A stretch of DNA of 52,194 nt. Source: a virus (taxonomy: Duplodnaviria; Caudoviricetes). Of the stretch, positions 35,301-44,867 are shown in pieces. Within the stretch, counting starts at the first letter, position 1; the number at the start of each line of letters is the position of its first letter. The DNA lies in the IMG/VR virus record IMGVR_UViG_3300033141_005196, positions 1 through 52,194 of that record; one strand, 5' to 3'. The position numbers and the translations under genes were made by a program. The notes below the pieces were generated by a model, which had not been told where the DNA came from, ran no database searches, and saw only the letters and a list, made by a program, of their open reading frames with translations.

Positions 35301-38074
35301 CAGAGTACACCCCTCATAGTATTTCTCATCCTCCGATTCGTCTTCATAAGATCCAAAATCGGACCCAAGAATCCCTGTGGATTTCTCCTGGCAAACTCGG
35401 CAAAAGATTGAGAGTCGAGTGCATTTATTATCACATTGTAAGTCGGTACAACCTGAGGCTCCACACCTCTCGGAAGCACCGTCTCCCCTCGCTGCAGAAT
35501 GGCCGGAAACTCATCGGCCCTCAAACCATTGTGCAACCGGACGGCAGAGGCAAATGCCTCTGCGGAGATCATACGAACTGGAAATACGGTCTCCCCAACC
35601 ACCCCGCCGGCGTGCATCTTAGAACCGGCAGCAAGCCCACCATAAGCTCCACCCTTTGTTAAAAATCCCGGCTGCTTCACCGAACCCTTGCCTGGGAACC
35701 ATCCAATAATTGTCATCATGCTCTGAAAAAGCATCATTCGAATCGAAAGCTCGGTGAGCATCCTAAGCACAGACTTCGCAAAATCTGCAAAGCTATTCTT
35801 TCCTTCAAACACGAAGTCCGCTATCGCCGAAGACATTCCATCAAATGCGCTGGTAAATGCACCTTGAATGCTCTTCGAGACATTCATTACATCCTGCTTA
35901 ATTTCATAAAGACCATTCTTCAATCCATCAACAACCGCATTCCAGCCATAGAGCAATCGCGGCCCCAAAGCCTTGTTTATTGCATCCATCAGCGCATTGA
36001 CTTCATTCTTTGCCTTCTCAGAAAGCTCCTTTCCATAAATCGTTTCTTGCAAAGAACGCCGGTAAGCCTTCGCAAGCTCCATCTGCTTCTCTCGAAGCAT
36101 CGCAGTCCCAACTCCGTAGATTCGAGTCAAGTTACTCATCTCTCGCTTGAACGCATCTCGAAGCTCACGCAACGCGTCAACAGAAACATCCCTCTGTCTT
36201 TGGATGACAGGTAAAAGGCCCTTATACGCTTTTGCAAGCATGCTAGTATACTTGTTAAACTCTTCAGCAGACAGCTTTGGAAACTTTACGCCCTTAAAAA
36301 TGTGAGTCAGAAACTTCTCAACAACACCTCTAACGACCTTGGCAGATACCTCAATGTTGCTATTCAAGTTTGCTAGAAAATCTTGAGCAAAATCCTTCCC
36401 CTCACCAGCAACGAATTCCCGGGCCTTCTCCCAGGCCTTTGTCAGGCCAGATACAACTGCATCCTCACCCTCCTTCAAAGTCCCCGAAATACCGCCGTAG
36501 AGATTTCTCAGGCCATTGTTTATAGCCTCCGCGCTTCTCTTTGAGGCCTCAGATACCTCCCACTCGGTCGGAAAGATTTTATCAGCAACTTCCTTACTAA
36601 CGCCGAGCTTTCTTGCGATCATATTGAGACCACGACTCATCCACATCATGAACTCGTTGACCTTCTTTCCTGCGGCCGCAATCTCCTCATTCCAGCTCTT
36701 CCACTTGTCCTTAAAGCTGTCCCAGATTTTATTAACCTGCTTTTGAAACTCTGGCATTTTTGACTTAATTTCATCAATAGCATCTGAGAAAACCTTAGGC
36801 AGGCCGCGTAAGTGCTTCTCCAAAGTCTGAAAAGCAGTCACCGCGAGGAGCACAATCCCCGAAACTCCCGCGAGCCTTCCTATCCACTTCCCTGTAGTAA
36901 AGACCCACAAGCTCTTCAGGCCCCGCCCAAATCCAACAAGTAGCTTGTTTATCACCTGAAGGATCATGAATGAAACGAAGACCTGAAGCAGTGGCTTCAG
37001 CCTTCGATATAGCTCCTGTGCCGCGATGGAAATCAGCCCAAAATTTCGAAGAAGAGCCTCAAAAGCTCCAAGGGCTGCATCAAGAATCTTATTCAAGTCC
37101 TCAATAAACAACCCCAATGCGGAGAGTTGCTCACGAGAAATTGTCCTTCTAAAGCGCTCGGCATGCTTGACAAATGTCTCCGCGAAGATATTCCTCAAGC
37201 CCTTAGACTCAGACTTAAGTGAAATTGTCTCGCGAATTATCGCCCTCAGCGACTTTTCCCAGAACTGTAACGCTTGTGCGGGATCAGCCCTCAAGATCAC
37301 ACTCTCAACATCCCGCCAATACCCTGAAATACTCTCCGCAACACGCGTTAGAATCTCAGAGGTATTCACCATATTCCGAAGGTCTTTAATATCCTCCTTA
37401 CTTAAGATTCCGAGCCGCTTCAAAGTTCGAGCTAAGATATCTGTGGTCTTGATCTGCCCCTGCGCCAGGGCTTGAAATTCCTGTCGAATCTGTCGAGTCG
37501 TGGAACCTGTTGTCTGAGCCACGAGTTTTGTGAAGGAGACCAGATCTGCAAAGACCTTCGTATTGCTAGCACTGACGATCAGCCCCGCCTGTCCAAGCTC
37601 GTCAAATCCTGTCGTTAGCTCTTCAAGGGAGCTAAGCGAATGCACACTAGCATCAGCAAGTGCCCTCATATTCACGGCCGCCTTGCCCATGACTGTGCTA
37701 AAGCTCTCACCAGTTCCAGAAAGCATCTGATACCACATGGAGAGCTTTGCCTGATAAGATGCAAGCTCACCGCTCTCACGAATTGCATCACCAAACGTAT
37801 CGACGAGCTTCCGCAGGAAGGCTTCAAATGCATTCATCGCACGATAAGCAACGGTGAAGCCAAGAGCCACAACTCCAAATCTGGCCCACCAACCTTCAGA
37901 AATTTCTTTCGAGGCTTTGGCATTTGTCTTCGCAAAACGGTCAATTCGATTTCCCATCTCCTTAACCGTCTTGTTCAACTGACCATGAGCCTTACTGAGA
38001 TTACCAACAAAGTTGGTGAGGTTTAGAAGGAGTTCAGCCTCAATGTTTGGCCCTTGGATTGTTCCTTCTAGCAC
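35300..38074 (-). CDS. Tape measure protein
   Basis: ~924-aa helical protein; C-terminal F.DFAKS.L, MHAGGVVG, DEFPAILQRGE.V; GTG start with RBS GGAGG. Confidence 0.9.
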   Translation of the reverse strand: MLEGTIQGPNIEAELLLNLTNFVGNLSKAHGQLNKTVKEMGNRIDRFAKTNAKASKEISEGWWARFGVVALGFTVAYRAMNAFEAFLRKLVDTFGDAIRESGELASYQAKLSMWYQMLSGTGESFSTVMGKAAVNMRALADASVHSLSSLEELTTGFDELGQAGLIVSASNTKVFADLVSFTKLVAQTTGSTTRQIRQEFQALAQGQIKTTDILARTLKRLGILSKEDIKDLRNMVNTSEILTRVAESISGYWRDVESVILRADPAQALQFWEKSLRAIIRETISLKSESKGLRNIFAETFVKHAERFRRTISREQLSALGLFIEDLNKILDAALGAFEALLRNFGLISIAAQELYRRLKPLLQVFVSFMILQVINKLLVGFGRGLKSLWVFTTGKWIGRLAGVSGIVLLAVTAFQTLEKHLRGLPKVFSDAIDEIKSKMPEFQKQVNKIWDSFKDKWKSWNEEIAAAGKKVNEFMMWMSRGLNMIARKLGVSKEVADKIFPTEWEVSEASKRSAEAINNGLRNLYGGISGTLKEGEDAVVSGLTKAWEKAREFVAGEGKDFAQDFLANLNSNIEVSAKVVRGVVEKFLTHIFKGVKFPKLSAEEFNKYTSMLAKAYKGLLPVIQRQRDVSVDALRELRDAFKREMSNLTRIYGVGTAMLREKQMELAKAYRRSLQETIYGKELSEKAKNEVNALMDAINKALGPRLLYGWNAVVDGLKNGLYEIKQDVMNVSKSIQGAFTSAFDGMSSAIADFVFEGKNSFADFAKSVLRMLTELSIRMMLFQSMMTIIGWFPGKGSVKQPGFLTKGGAYGGLAAGSKMHAGGVVGETVFPVRMISAEAFASAVRLHNGLRADEFPAILQRGETVLPRGVEPQVVPTYNVIINALDSQSFAEFARRNPQGFLGPILDLMKTNRRMRNTMRGVL

Positions 38075-38333
38075 GCAGCTCCTCCCATTGCTTATCAATC
38101 TGCTCTTGCGTCATTGGCGGCCTCCACTTGGCCATGATCCTCCGCTGATCTACCTCAGATACAAGAGCAAAGCTTGAAGCCTCAAGCATCATATAAAACC
38201 TCTTCCGCTCAAGATTCGCAGTCTGCTCAAGGTACATGAAGAACTGCCGAACAGTCAAGTTCAGAATTTCCTCATGTGTCCATCCATAAGTTGATGCCAC
38301 TGCAGCGAAGCAGTAGCCCCAATCTAAGGGTTT
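38040..38333 (-). CDS. Tail assembly chaperone, -1 frameshift extension (gpGT-like)
   Basis: YGWTHEEILNLT..QF..Y motif; no own RBS; reached by -1 slip at AAACCCT. Confidence 0.75.
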   Translation of the reverse strand, partial: KPLDWGYCFAAVASTYGWTHEEILNLTVRQFFMYLEQTANLERKRFYMMLEASSFALVSEVDQRRIMAKWRPPMTQEQIDKQWEELRARRNNPRAKH

Positions 38334-38632
38334 CCATCTTCTGTCTCCGCTGCAGGCATCGTGTCAGTTACCCATTTGCTGATCTCATTAAGTGCTACTC
38401 CTGCTCCTTTAAGCCCCACCTCCTCTTTTAAATCCTTGGCCGGCACTCCGAGGAGTGCAGCGAGCTGGTCATAGACCTTATCGGGAGCCGGTTCACTCTC
38501 ATCAGATATTTGCTTCAGAGCTTTCATGTAAGTTCTGAGTTGTATATCTTGGAGCTTATACTCCCTACCGCCTAAGATCAAGCACAACTCGTTTTCGGCC
38601 AAGATATCATCAATATTCACCACCTTCTTCAT
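38324..38632 (-). CDS. Tail assembly chaperone (gpG-like)
   Basis: Between major tail and TMP genes; ends in slippery A-AAC-CCT-TAG. Confidence 0.8.
   Translation of the reverse strand: MKKVVNIDDILAENELCLILGGREYKLQDIQLRTYMKALKQISDESEPAPDKVYDQLAALLGVPAKDLKEEVGLKGAGVALNEISKWVTDTMPAAETEDGNP
38327..38333 (-). promoter_or_regulatory. Programmed -1 frameshift slippery heptamer AAACCCT
   Basis: X-XXY-YYZ in frame just before the stop; the -1 frame is open into ORF 38040. Confidence 0.7.
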
Positions 38633-38634
38633 AA

Positions 38635-39162
38635 CTAACTCCCACTCTCTGCAGCAGTCTCATCACCAATATAATACAGCACATCGTTAGAATCCGGATA
38701 CGCTGTAAACGTCACTTCGATGACTCTCTGCGTTGCTGCGTCATATGGAATGTCAAAAGTTCCAGTCGGTGCTGCTGATGGAAAGCGAATCCAATCATCT
38801 TCATCGGTAGACGGAACACCGTTCACGTACTTCTTGATTAACAAACTCTGAGCTTTTGCAGATTTCAAGAAAGTACCAGTAAGCAAAGAACCCTTGATCC
38901 CCTTATCACCCCCATAATCCAATGCCGTCTGATTCAAGGCAATTGCAAGGTTTTCCACAGAGTACTCGGCAAGTGGCACAGTTACTGTTGCTCCTTGGCC
39001 GGTAATGGCCTGATCTTCCGGAGCAGTACCGAACTGATCACTTAAAAGATCAGCCACCGAAGTATTGAAGCTAACAGTCACACCGCCTTGAGTTTTGCCG
39101 AGATCTGTTTCACTACCCGCAGTACCAAAAAGCACCTGACAAGGCCCAAGTTCCAACGCCAT
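38635..39162 (-). CDS. Major tail (tube) protein
   Basis: LGP..V......DLG.T.GGV, acidic 175 aa, upstream of chaperones and TMP. Confidence 0.85.
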   Translation of the reverse strand: MALELGPCQVLFGTAGSETDLGKTQGGVTVSFNTSVADLLSDQFGTAPEDQAITGQGATVTVPLAEYSVENLAIALNQTALDYGGDKGIKGSLLTGTFLKSAKAQSLLIKKYVNGVPSTDEDDWIRFPSAAPTGTFDIPYDAATQRVIEVTFTAYPDSNDVLYYIGDETAAESGS

Positions 39163-39176
39163 ATAGTCTCACCTCC

Positions 39177-40724
39177 TTAAACTAATTTTAGCGCGTTAAA
39201 ATTACGAACAGACGAAACAAACGTCTCAACCACCTTCTCAGGAGTACACTCTCGCGTGCTCATAGGAAAATACCATCTACCTAAGCTATCCGGCGGACAG
39301 GCGTTCTTCCAAAAACTTTCTGGATAGTAATGATGCCACAGCATCACAGTTGGCTTTCTGAAGCGAACTGACATAATTGTATTCCCGCCCGGATACCCAA
39401 TACATCCAACAGCGCCTCTAAAGAGGCCAAAGAATTGATCGAAGTTTGTCTGTCCAACAAGGTACTCCGAAAATTCCCTCACATTAGCATAAAGTGTCTG
39501 ATTTAGCAGATTATGATCCCATGACCCTCCAGTGAGGATCACCTTAAAACCCGTCTCCTTATGCAACAGCTTCAGCATCTCGATAATTTGGCCAACGTTG
39601 AACTCTTGCAGCCAGCGAGTATGAAATCCCGAATCAGTGAAGAACACAACCACGTACTCTCCAAATGCACTCTTAGCACCCTCTTCAAACATTATCTCAT
39701 CCAACGTTCTAAACATCGAATAATACCAATCAGTCTCAATTTCTGGATGAATATCATCCAAACTTTTTCCATGCCACGTCAAGGGGCCGTTAACAGACAA
39801 GAAGAAATCCAAATCACTTCCTACATCCTTGTACAAACACCTCTTACCCGTTACCATCTCATACCACTTATCCGGCGGAGGCGCATACCCCGCAGCCTCT
39901 ACAAAGGGAGCCCTTTTTACAAACTCAAGTGCACGATCATAAGAAGAACTCACTACATACAACTTCGGCAAATCTCCATTTGAAAAAACTTTCTTACAAA
40001 GCAACCAGTAAATGTCGCCAATTCCACTAGGTACCAAGATCCGCCTTCGAAGCATCACACTTCCAAGCTTCCTCGCATAAAAGGTGAGCTTCCCTGGTAT
40101 CGGAGCTTTAGTCTCAAGGATCTCAAACCCTGCACTCCGAATCAACCTTGCAATCTGCTCTTCACTGAGAAGCCAGAGATGCTCAATTTTCTTCCAATGA
40201 TGCAAACCCTCTGACACAAAAAAGTTTGGAAATTCGACGATCAACATCCCATCATCTCTGAGCACTCTCCAAGCCTCTTTCAGTACTTCTCTCGGATCGA
40301 CGCAGTGCTCAATAACATCGTGCATCGTAATAGAACCGTAACCTCCAGACGGAAACAGTAGCTCTTCAAAAGCCCCGTGGTAAATATCAGCTCTAGAATT
40401 GCGAAGATCACATCCATCAATCAAAATCCCTTCTCTCTTCACAGCTTCTAGAAAGCCACCATTTCCACACCCAACATCAAGAACCGGCTCCTGCAGATAC
40501 TCTCCGTGCTGCTCAATTCTTTTCTCACCAACCTCCAAGTCGTGCTCCCTTGTGTGAACATACACCCTCGGATACTCTCTCCGATACCAATCACGGTATT
40601 CATCTATCTCCATCCGCACTTCCTGATGCATAGCGCCACACCCTGAGCACACTCTAACAGGAAGCCCATTCTTAACAGTACTCGTGAAGTCACAGCTCCT
40701 ACAGAAGCACTTCTTTACAACCAT
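39177..40724 (-). CDS. Class I SAM methyltransferase fused to a GT9-like (GT-B) glycosyltransferase
   Basis: Zn ribbon CFC/CSGCG, VLDVGCGNGGFL, HDVIEH..DP; then GIGDIYW, VILTGG, LVGQT, G..GGN, KPTV. Confidence 0.8.
   Translation of the reverse strand: MVVKKCFCRSCDFTSTVKNGLPVRVCSGCGAMHQEVRMEIDEYRDWYRREYPRVYVHTREHDLEVGEKRIEQHGEYLQEPVLDVGCGNGGFLEAVKREGILIDGCDLRNSRADIYHGAFEELLFPSGGYGSITMHDVIEHCVDPREVLKEAWRVLRDDGMLIVEFPNFFVSEGLHHWKKIEHLWLLSEEQIARLIRSAGFEILETKAPIPGKLTFYARKLGSVMLRRRILVPSGIGDIYWLLCKKVFSNGDLPKLYVVSSSYDRALEFVKRAPFVEAAGYAPPPDKWYEMVTGKRCLYKDVGSDLDFFLSVNGPLTWHGKSLDDIHPEIETDWYYSMFRTLDEIMFEEGAKSAFGEYVVVFFTDSGFHTRWLQEFNVGQIIEMLKLLHKETGFKVILTGGSWDHNLLNQTLYANVREFSEYLVGQTNFDQFFGLFRGAVGCIGYPGGNTIMSVRFRKPTVMLWHHYYPESFWKNACPPDSLGRWYFPMSTRECTPEKVVETFVSSVRNFNALKLV
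39182..39205. promoter_or_regulatory. 24-bp palindromic site, copy 5 (CTAATTTTA-GCGCGT-TAAAATTAC)
   Basis: In the last codons of the MTase-GT gene, just upstream of the major tail gene. Confidence 0.75.
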
Positions 40725-41596
40725 TCTCTCAGCACCTGCAGTACATCTCCCACAGTTACGCTTCTCATGCAAATAGGATCTCCACACAAATTAAAAAGCG
40801 AACTTTGGAAACACGGAGCACAAGAAATATACCTCCTCACGACTCGATAAGGTGTAAGGAGTGGATGATTCTTCGAAAGTGGCATCGGCCCCTCAATCAA
40901 AACAACTGGCACCTGCATAACATCCGCAACGACACTCAGCCCCGTCGAGGAGCAGACTAAAAAATCGCACTGCCCAAGCACATGTGCCGTCTCAAACAAG
41001 CTCAGCTTTCCTACAAGATCATAACCATCGCATCCTCTTAGCTCATCTCCCGCTCCAAGAAGATAAACATCACACCCAAGCTCCACGAGCTTCCTTGAAA
41101 GCTCAGGAAACTTGTCCCATCGCTTCTTCGAGGCGACGTTATGTACCGAGCAGTTCGCCAGTGCAATTCGCACCTCAGCTCCATTTAGCTCCGGCCCGTC
41201 AGTCTCCGGCCAAAATCCGTAGAGATCATTAAGGTCAAGGTCATCATTATCGAGACCAAAAGCCTCAAGATACTCTTGAATTTCATGGATACCTTCTTCA
41301 CTCCACGCAACGGCCTTCAACTTTCGGACGTTGAACCGATTCAAAATCGCCTTTGGCATTGACCATCTAGCCCACAAAACTTCATCATACAGCCTCGGCC
41401 GACACCTCGTCCGAACTTCATCGAAGACGAGCGAAGCGAGCATTCGAATCGTCTCATAACTTGTCGTATCATCATCCGTCAAAAGTGTCAGCCTATGCCC
41501 TTGCCTCTTCAACGGCCACGCAGCAGCCATAAAGAAGAGGAAATTTCCAATTCCATTCGAAAATCCAAGAGCTAGGTTCGCCAAATCAGCCCCCAA
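40715..41596 (-). CDS. Glycosyltransferase family 9 (heptosyltransferase-like)
   Basis: GIGN, KRWDKF.EL...L, LVGKLSLFETA.VL..C, STGL, VPVVLIEGP, CAPC...C...CM..VT...V. Confidence 0.85.
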   Translation of the reverse strand: MGADLANLALGFSNGIGNFLFFMAAAWPLKRQGHRLTLLTDDDTTSYETIRMLASLVFDEVRTRCRPRLYDEVLWARWSMPKAILNRFNVRKLKAVAWSEEGIHEIQEYLEAFGLDNDDLDLNDLYGFWPETDGPELNGAEVRIALANCSVHNVASKKRWDKFPELSRKLVELGCDVYLLGAGDELRGCDGYDLVGKLSLFETAHVLGQCDFLVCSSTGLSVVADVMQVPVVLIEGPMPLSKNHPLLTPYRVVRRYISCAPCFQSSLFNLCGDPICMRSVTVGDVLQVLREWL

Positions 41597-41952
41597 AGGT
41601 CCTCAACTGAAATCTCATCCAACAACCAATGTACCAGCCTCTCAAGCCGACCTGGAAGTTCTCCGACCCAGATAACCGAAACGTCATAATTTTTACAAAA
41701 AATCATTGCATTGATGTGCCTCTGTTCAAGTTCTACATGCCAAAACACAACTCTACCTGCGTGACAGAGGACACTTAAATCCCCACCCTCGTAAACGAAA
41801 CTGCTAAAGCCGAGCTCAGTGCCATACTCGAACAACCTCGGATCTGGTTTATCAACAACCCAAGCAATTGTCGGAGCCTCATAAGAAGCCAAGAAGACTG
41901 TTCGAATCTCCGTCAATCTACTCGCAACGCTGGACTTCGAGACAAAGGCCAT
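41572..41952 (-). CDS. Hypothetical protein of the glycosylation insert
   Basis: Translationally coupled on both sides. Confidence 0.65.
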   Translation of the reverse strand: MAFVSKSSVASRLTEIRTVFLASYEAPTIAWVVDKPDPRLFEYGTELGFSSFVYEGGDLSVLCHAGRVVFWHVELEQRHINAMIFCKNYDVSVIWVGELPGRLERLVHWLLDEISVEDLWGLIWRT

Positions 41953-42326
41953 TACTTCATCCTAACAAGCAAGGAGAAAGAGCAAATAAACGAGCCCCGG
42001 GAATCTCGATCAATAATAGCTGGAGTGTAGAGCACGTCCACGTAGAAAATGTCCTGTAAGGATACATCAGAAAATCCGGGCTTGTGAGCCAGCAGGTCAT
42101 ACACCGTCCCTGCAAGAGTTTTTGCATCCTCTGGAGCCAAATCCTTCGCAAAAACCTGAACCGAGTATTGCTTCACCCTCGATTCATTATCAGTTCCATA
42201 GTTCTCAGCCACAATTACGCACTTGGATGGTGCATCATACACACTAGCCTCAACGAAGAGATCAGTATCAACAGTCAAGCTGGTCTGAGATGCAATGTAA
42301 TTCACAAGATCAAGTACAAGACTCAT
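41952..42326 (-). CDS. Tail terminator / minor capsid protein
   Basis: Size and position; DLF.....AP..C, VQV, DRD.RG..I.S. Confidence 0.75.
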   Translation of the reverse strand: MSLVLDLVNYIASQTSLTVDTDLFVEASVYDAPSKCVIVAENYGTDNESRVKQYSVQVFAKDLAPEDAKTLAGTVYDLLAHKPGFSDVSLQDIFYVDVLYTPAIIDRDSRGSFICSFSLLVRMK

Positions 42327-42745
42327 CGTCTAAAAGCTCTCCGTAGCTTGTCTGAAACCTTCCTCGAAGCAGTTCTGTAATATTTCTCTGCAAGCGTAAC
42401 TTGCTTAATCTCAATCCATTTCGCTCCCGTTCCAGGAGTCTTATAGGTGATAGGTGTTCCCCATCGACTTACACCCTCATGTACAACTCTAGCATACGGA
42501 ATCCCCACCACCCTCACACCTCCCACATAAGACCATCTGCCCTGTCGCTTCACGAACCACTCATGCGCATCCCTCAACGCACCAGTTGCATATGGCACCT
42601 TTGGATATACATTCAAGCAATCGCTCAGAAACTCCTTTGCAGCAGCTTCCAGACCCTCTTGGCTTCCGATAAGTGCCGCACTCGTCGCGCTTCTCTGAAA
42701 CTTTTTAAAGTTCTTCAGGCCCTTACTGAAGTTCAGTTCAGCCAA
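42323..42745 (-). CDS. HK97 gp10-like tail completion protein
   Basis: VPYATGALR, PYARVVHEG, PGTGAKW; TTG start. Confidence 0.8.
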   Translation of the reverse strand: MAELNFSKGLKNFKKFQRSATSAALIGSQEGLEAAAKEFLSDCLNVYPKVPYATGALRDAHEWFVKRQGRWSYVGGVRVVGIPYARVVHEGVSRWGTPITYKTPGTGAKWIEIKQVTLAEKYYRTASRKVSDKLRRAFRR

Positions 42746-43040
42746 GCTCCACCTCCAGGTGGTGATCTGCACTCAAGGTCTTCAGCTTCCGAATCTCCAC
42801 AACTGGTCTCGTCACGCCGTCGACTATGATCTCATCTCCAACATTGATGCTCACCGTCGGCTCAAGAAACACAATAGTTCTAGTTCGTCTTTCATCACCC
42901 CCGCCACTCAAGATACGCTCAGTCTCATACGTTACCCAGGCAGCGACTCCAGATGTCGTACTAGTCGTCCTGCTACCTTGACTCCTCGTAACGGAGATAA
43001 TATCAACAGTATCAGTTAGATACTTCCGAACATCACTCAT
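42738..43040 (-). CDS. Head-closure (stopper) protein
   Basis: 100-aa beta-rich protein, I.VGD.I.VDG, HHLEV. Confidence 0.75.
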   Translation of the reverse strand: MSDVRKYLTDTVDIISVTRSQGSRTTSTTSGVAAWVTYETERILSGGGDERRTRTIVFLEPTVSINVGDEIIVDGVTRPVVEIRKLKTLSADHHLEVELG

Positions 43041-43432
43041 GTGTAGTCATGCATCCCTTTCTGAAACTTACTCGCCACAAGGCTGTCATCATCCTCAACG
43101 GCGTCCTTATCATCCTGATAAATTGCGCCGCTCCATGGCACAGACGATCTTGCCTCATACTTCTTCGCAAGGCTGAGGTAGTGATCTCTCAAGCTTCCTC
43201 GATCCTCCCTCAACCTCCCGATTGTAAAAGAGTACGAAGTATGCACGAACTTGGAGGCGAGTAGGCGGAAGCACCGAGCCACGCGGGAATAGAAGCCCGA
43301 TACTTCCGCTATGATCTGATTGATCTCCTCGTCCTGTAATAGCACATTATCTTCGTCTGTATCGCCAATTTCGAGTCTGATACGATACAAAACCGAGCTA
43401 TCCAGTTGCGTTTCGTCGTATGTGAAGCTCAT
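43037..43432 (-). CDS. Head-tail adaptor protein
   Basis: RIRLEIGDTD....LLQDEEI; follows the capsid gene. Confidence 0.8.
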   Translation of the reverse strand: MSFTYDETQLDSSVLYRIRLEIGDTDEDNVLLQDEEINQIIAEVSGFYSRVARCFRLLASKFVHTSYSFTIGRLREDRGSLRDHYLSLAKKYEARSSVPWSGAIYQDDKDAVEDDDSLVASKFQKGMHDYT

Positions 43433-43444
43433 AACCCCTCCGAA

Positions 43445-44455
43445 TTAGGTGAGGGTTCTACCACAAGCTACAGCATCATCGAAGAACACGCCACAATCGG
43501 AGCAGACGAGTTTCTGATCCTCCCAAATACTTCCCTCAACTCTCTCTCCCGCAAGCTCTGTCATCTTCCACCTTCGGATCGTGGCTTCGAGCCTTTCACC
43601 CTCTCGGCCTCCAACCTTCGGTCGAATCCAACGGAAGGTATATCCGCCCGTCGGGCGATACCTAGATGGCGCCGGAGCAGCATACACAAGCAGAGCACTG
43701 TATTCATCAAGAATATACGAGGTGCTTTCACTGCCCTCAGGAGATGCAGCGAAGATGGCAGAGGCTTTGAAATAGTTATCAACCTCAAAAACCTTCGCCA
43801 GCAGCTCCTCAGTCATAATTCCAGCCTGTGTGTACTTGAACCGATCCACAATGTCAGGGTGCTGTTTCAAGGCCATATGCACACGTTCAGAAACCACGAG
43901 CGTGTTCGGCAACAGACCCGTAGCCTTCCTCACAATCGCCTTGGCATCCTCAATATCTGAAATCGGAGTCGAGTTGCTGTAGTCATCCCACACATAAAAC
44001 TCATTAGAGCCTGGACTTGCAGTCTGACCTGTAAGATCAGTCCCCCAAATGCTTGTGGCAAAGTACTTTGAGGCCCAATCAGCCTCTCTGTAGATCCTCA
44101 ACTTCTCGACCACATACCTTGCCGCATCTTTCCTCAGATCAAACACATCGTCAGCATTTGCAATGTCATCATCTGCGATGTCCTGATGGAAGCTGATCTC
44201 ATCACAGAAAAAGGTTCCGGGAGTATCTACTCCAAATCCGCCACCGCGACTAGGAGTAAGCGGAGCCCTCGGTCCTGCCTCGTTACGAAGCCAATCATAC
44301 TTCGTATACTTCGCAAACTTGTTTGACTGCTTCGTAGTCTTCACCACAGGGAAAACCCGATCCGCGATATAGGATGACGGCTCGTTCAAATACGCGATAC
44401 TGATATTACTCAAAAGCGAATCAATATGAAGATCGCTACCAGTAGGTTCTGGCAT
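43445..44455 (-). CDS. Major capsid protein (lambda gpE-like)
   Basis: HID..LSNISIAY.N...YIADRVFP.V, W.DY.NSTPI.DI, PNTLV, LK.HP.I, GYTF. Confidence 0.9.
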   Translation of the reverse strand: MPEPTGSDLHIDSLLSNISIAYLNEPSSYIADRVFPVVKTTKQSNKFAKYTKYDWLRNEAGPRAPLTPSRGGGFGVDTPGTFFCDEISFHQDIADDDIANADDVFDLRKDAARYVVEKLRIYREADWASKYFATSIWGTDLTGQTASPGSNEFYVWDDYSNSTPISDIEDAKAIVRKATGLLPNTLVVSERVHMALKQHPDIVDRFKYTQAGIMTEELLAKVFEVDNYFKASAIFAASPEGSESTSYILDEYSALLVYAAPAPSRYRPTGGYTFRWIRPKVGGREGERLEATIRRWKMTELAGERVEGSIWEDQKLVCSDCGVFFDDAVACGRTLT

Positions 44456-44480
44456 TCTTATTCACCTCCTTCACTTATCA

Positions 44481-44858
44481 TTACGGCACGTAACCAAATT
44501 CCATAACAGCGGAGACGGTATCTCCTGAATCTCCACCCTCAATGGCAATGGCACAATACCTGTTGTTTGATGTGGTCGTCTTGATCAGTTTGCCACTGGA
44601 GTCTGTAGTCAATCTGTCTCCAGCGGCCACAGTTCCGCCAAGTACAACCTTTGAAATCCCCACTTTCCGAACGGATGCAGATCTGCCCGCAGCCGCTGGC
44701 TTGTTCTGCAAGATTCCAATAAGCGCTGCATCTGCGGCCCCTGCAGTAGTAACGGTAAAGTCCGCACTGACTTTCATGCCATAATACTGCTTCGCACTCA
44801 AGTCCCCTGCAGCCTTCATCGGCATGTCAAAGATATTAACCTCAATAGCCAAAGTCAT
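44481..44858 (-). CDS. Capsid decoration/cement protein (DUF2190-like)
   Basis: GILQNKP.AAG..A.V...G.SKV..G..VAAGD.LT.D..G. Confidence 0.8.
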   Translation of the reverse strand: MTLAIEVNIFDMPMKAAGDLSAKQYYGMKVSADFTVTTAGAADAALIGILQNKPAAAGRSASVRKVGISKVVLGGTVAAGDRLTTDSSGKLIKTTTSNNRYCAIAIEGGDSGDTVSAVMEFGYVP

Positions 44859-44867
44859 CACCTCCTT

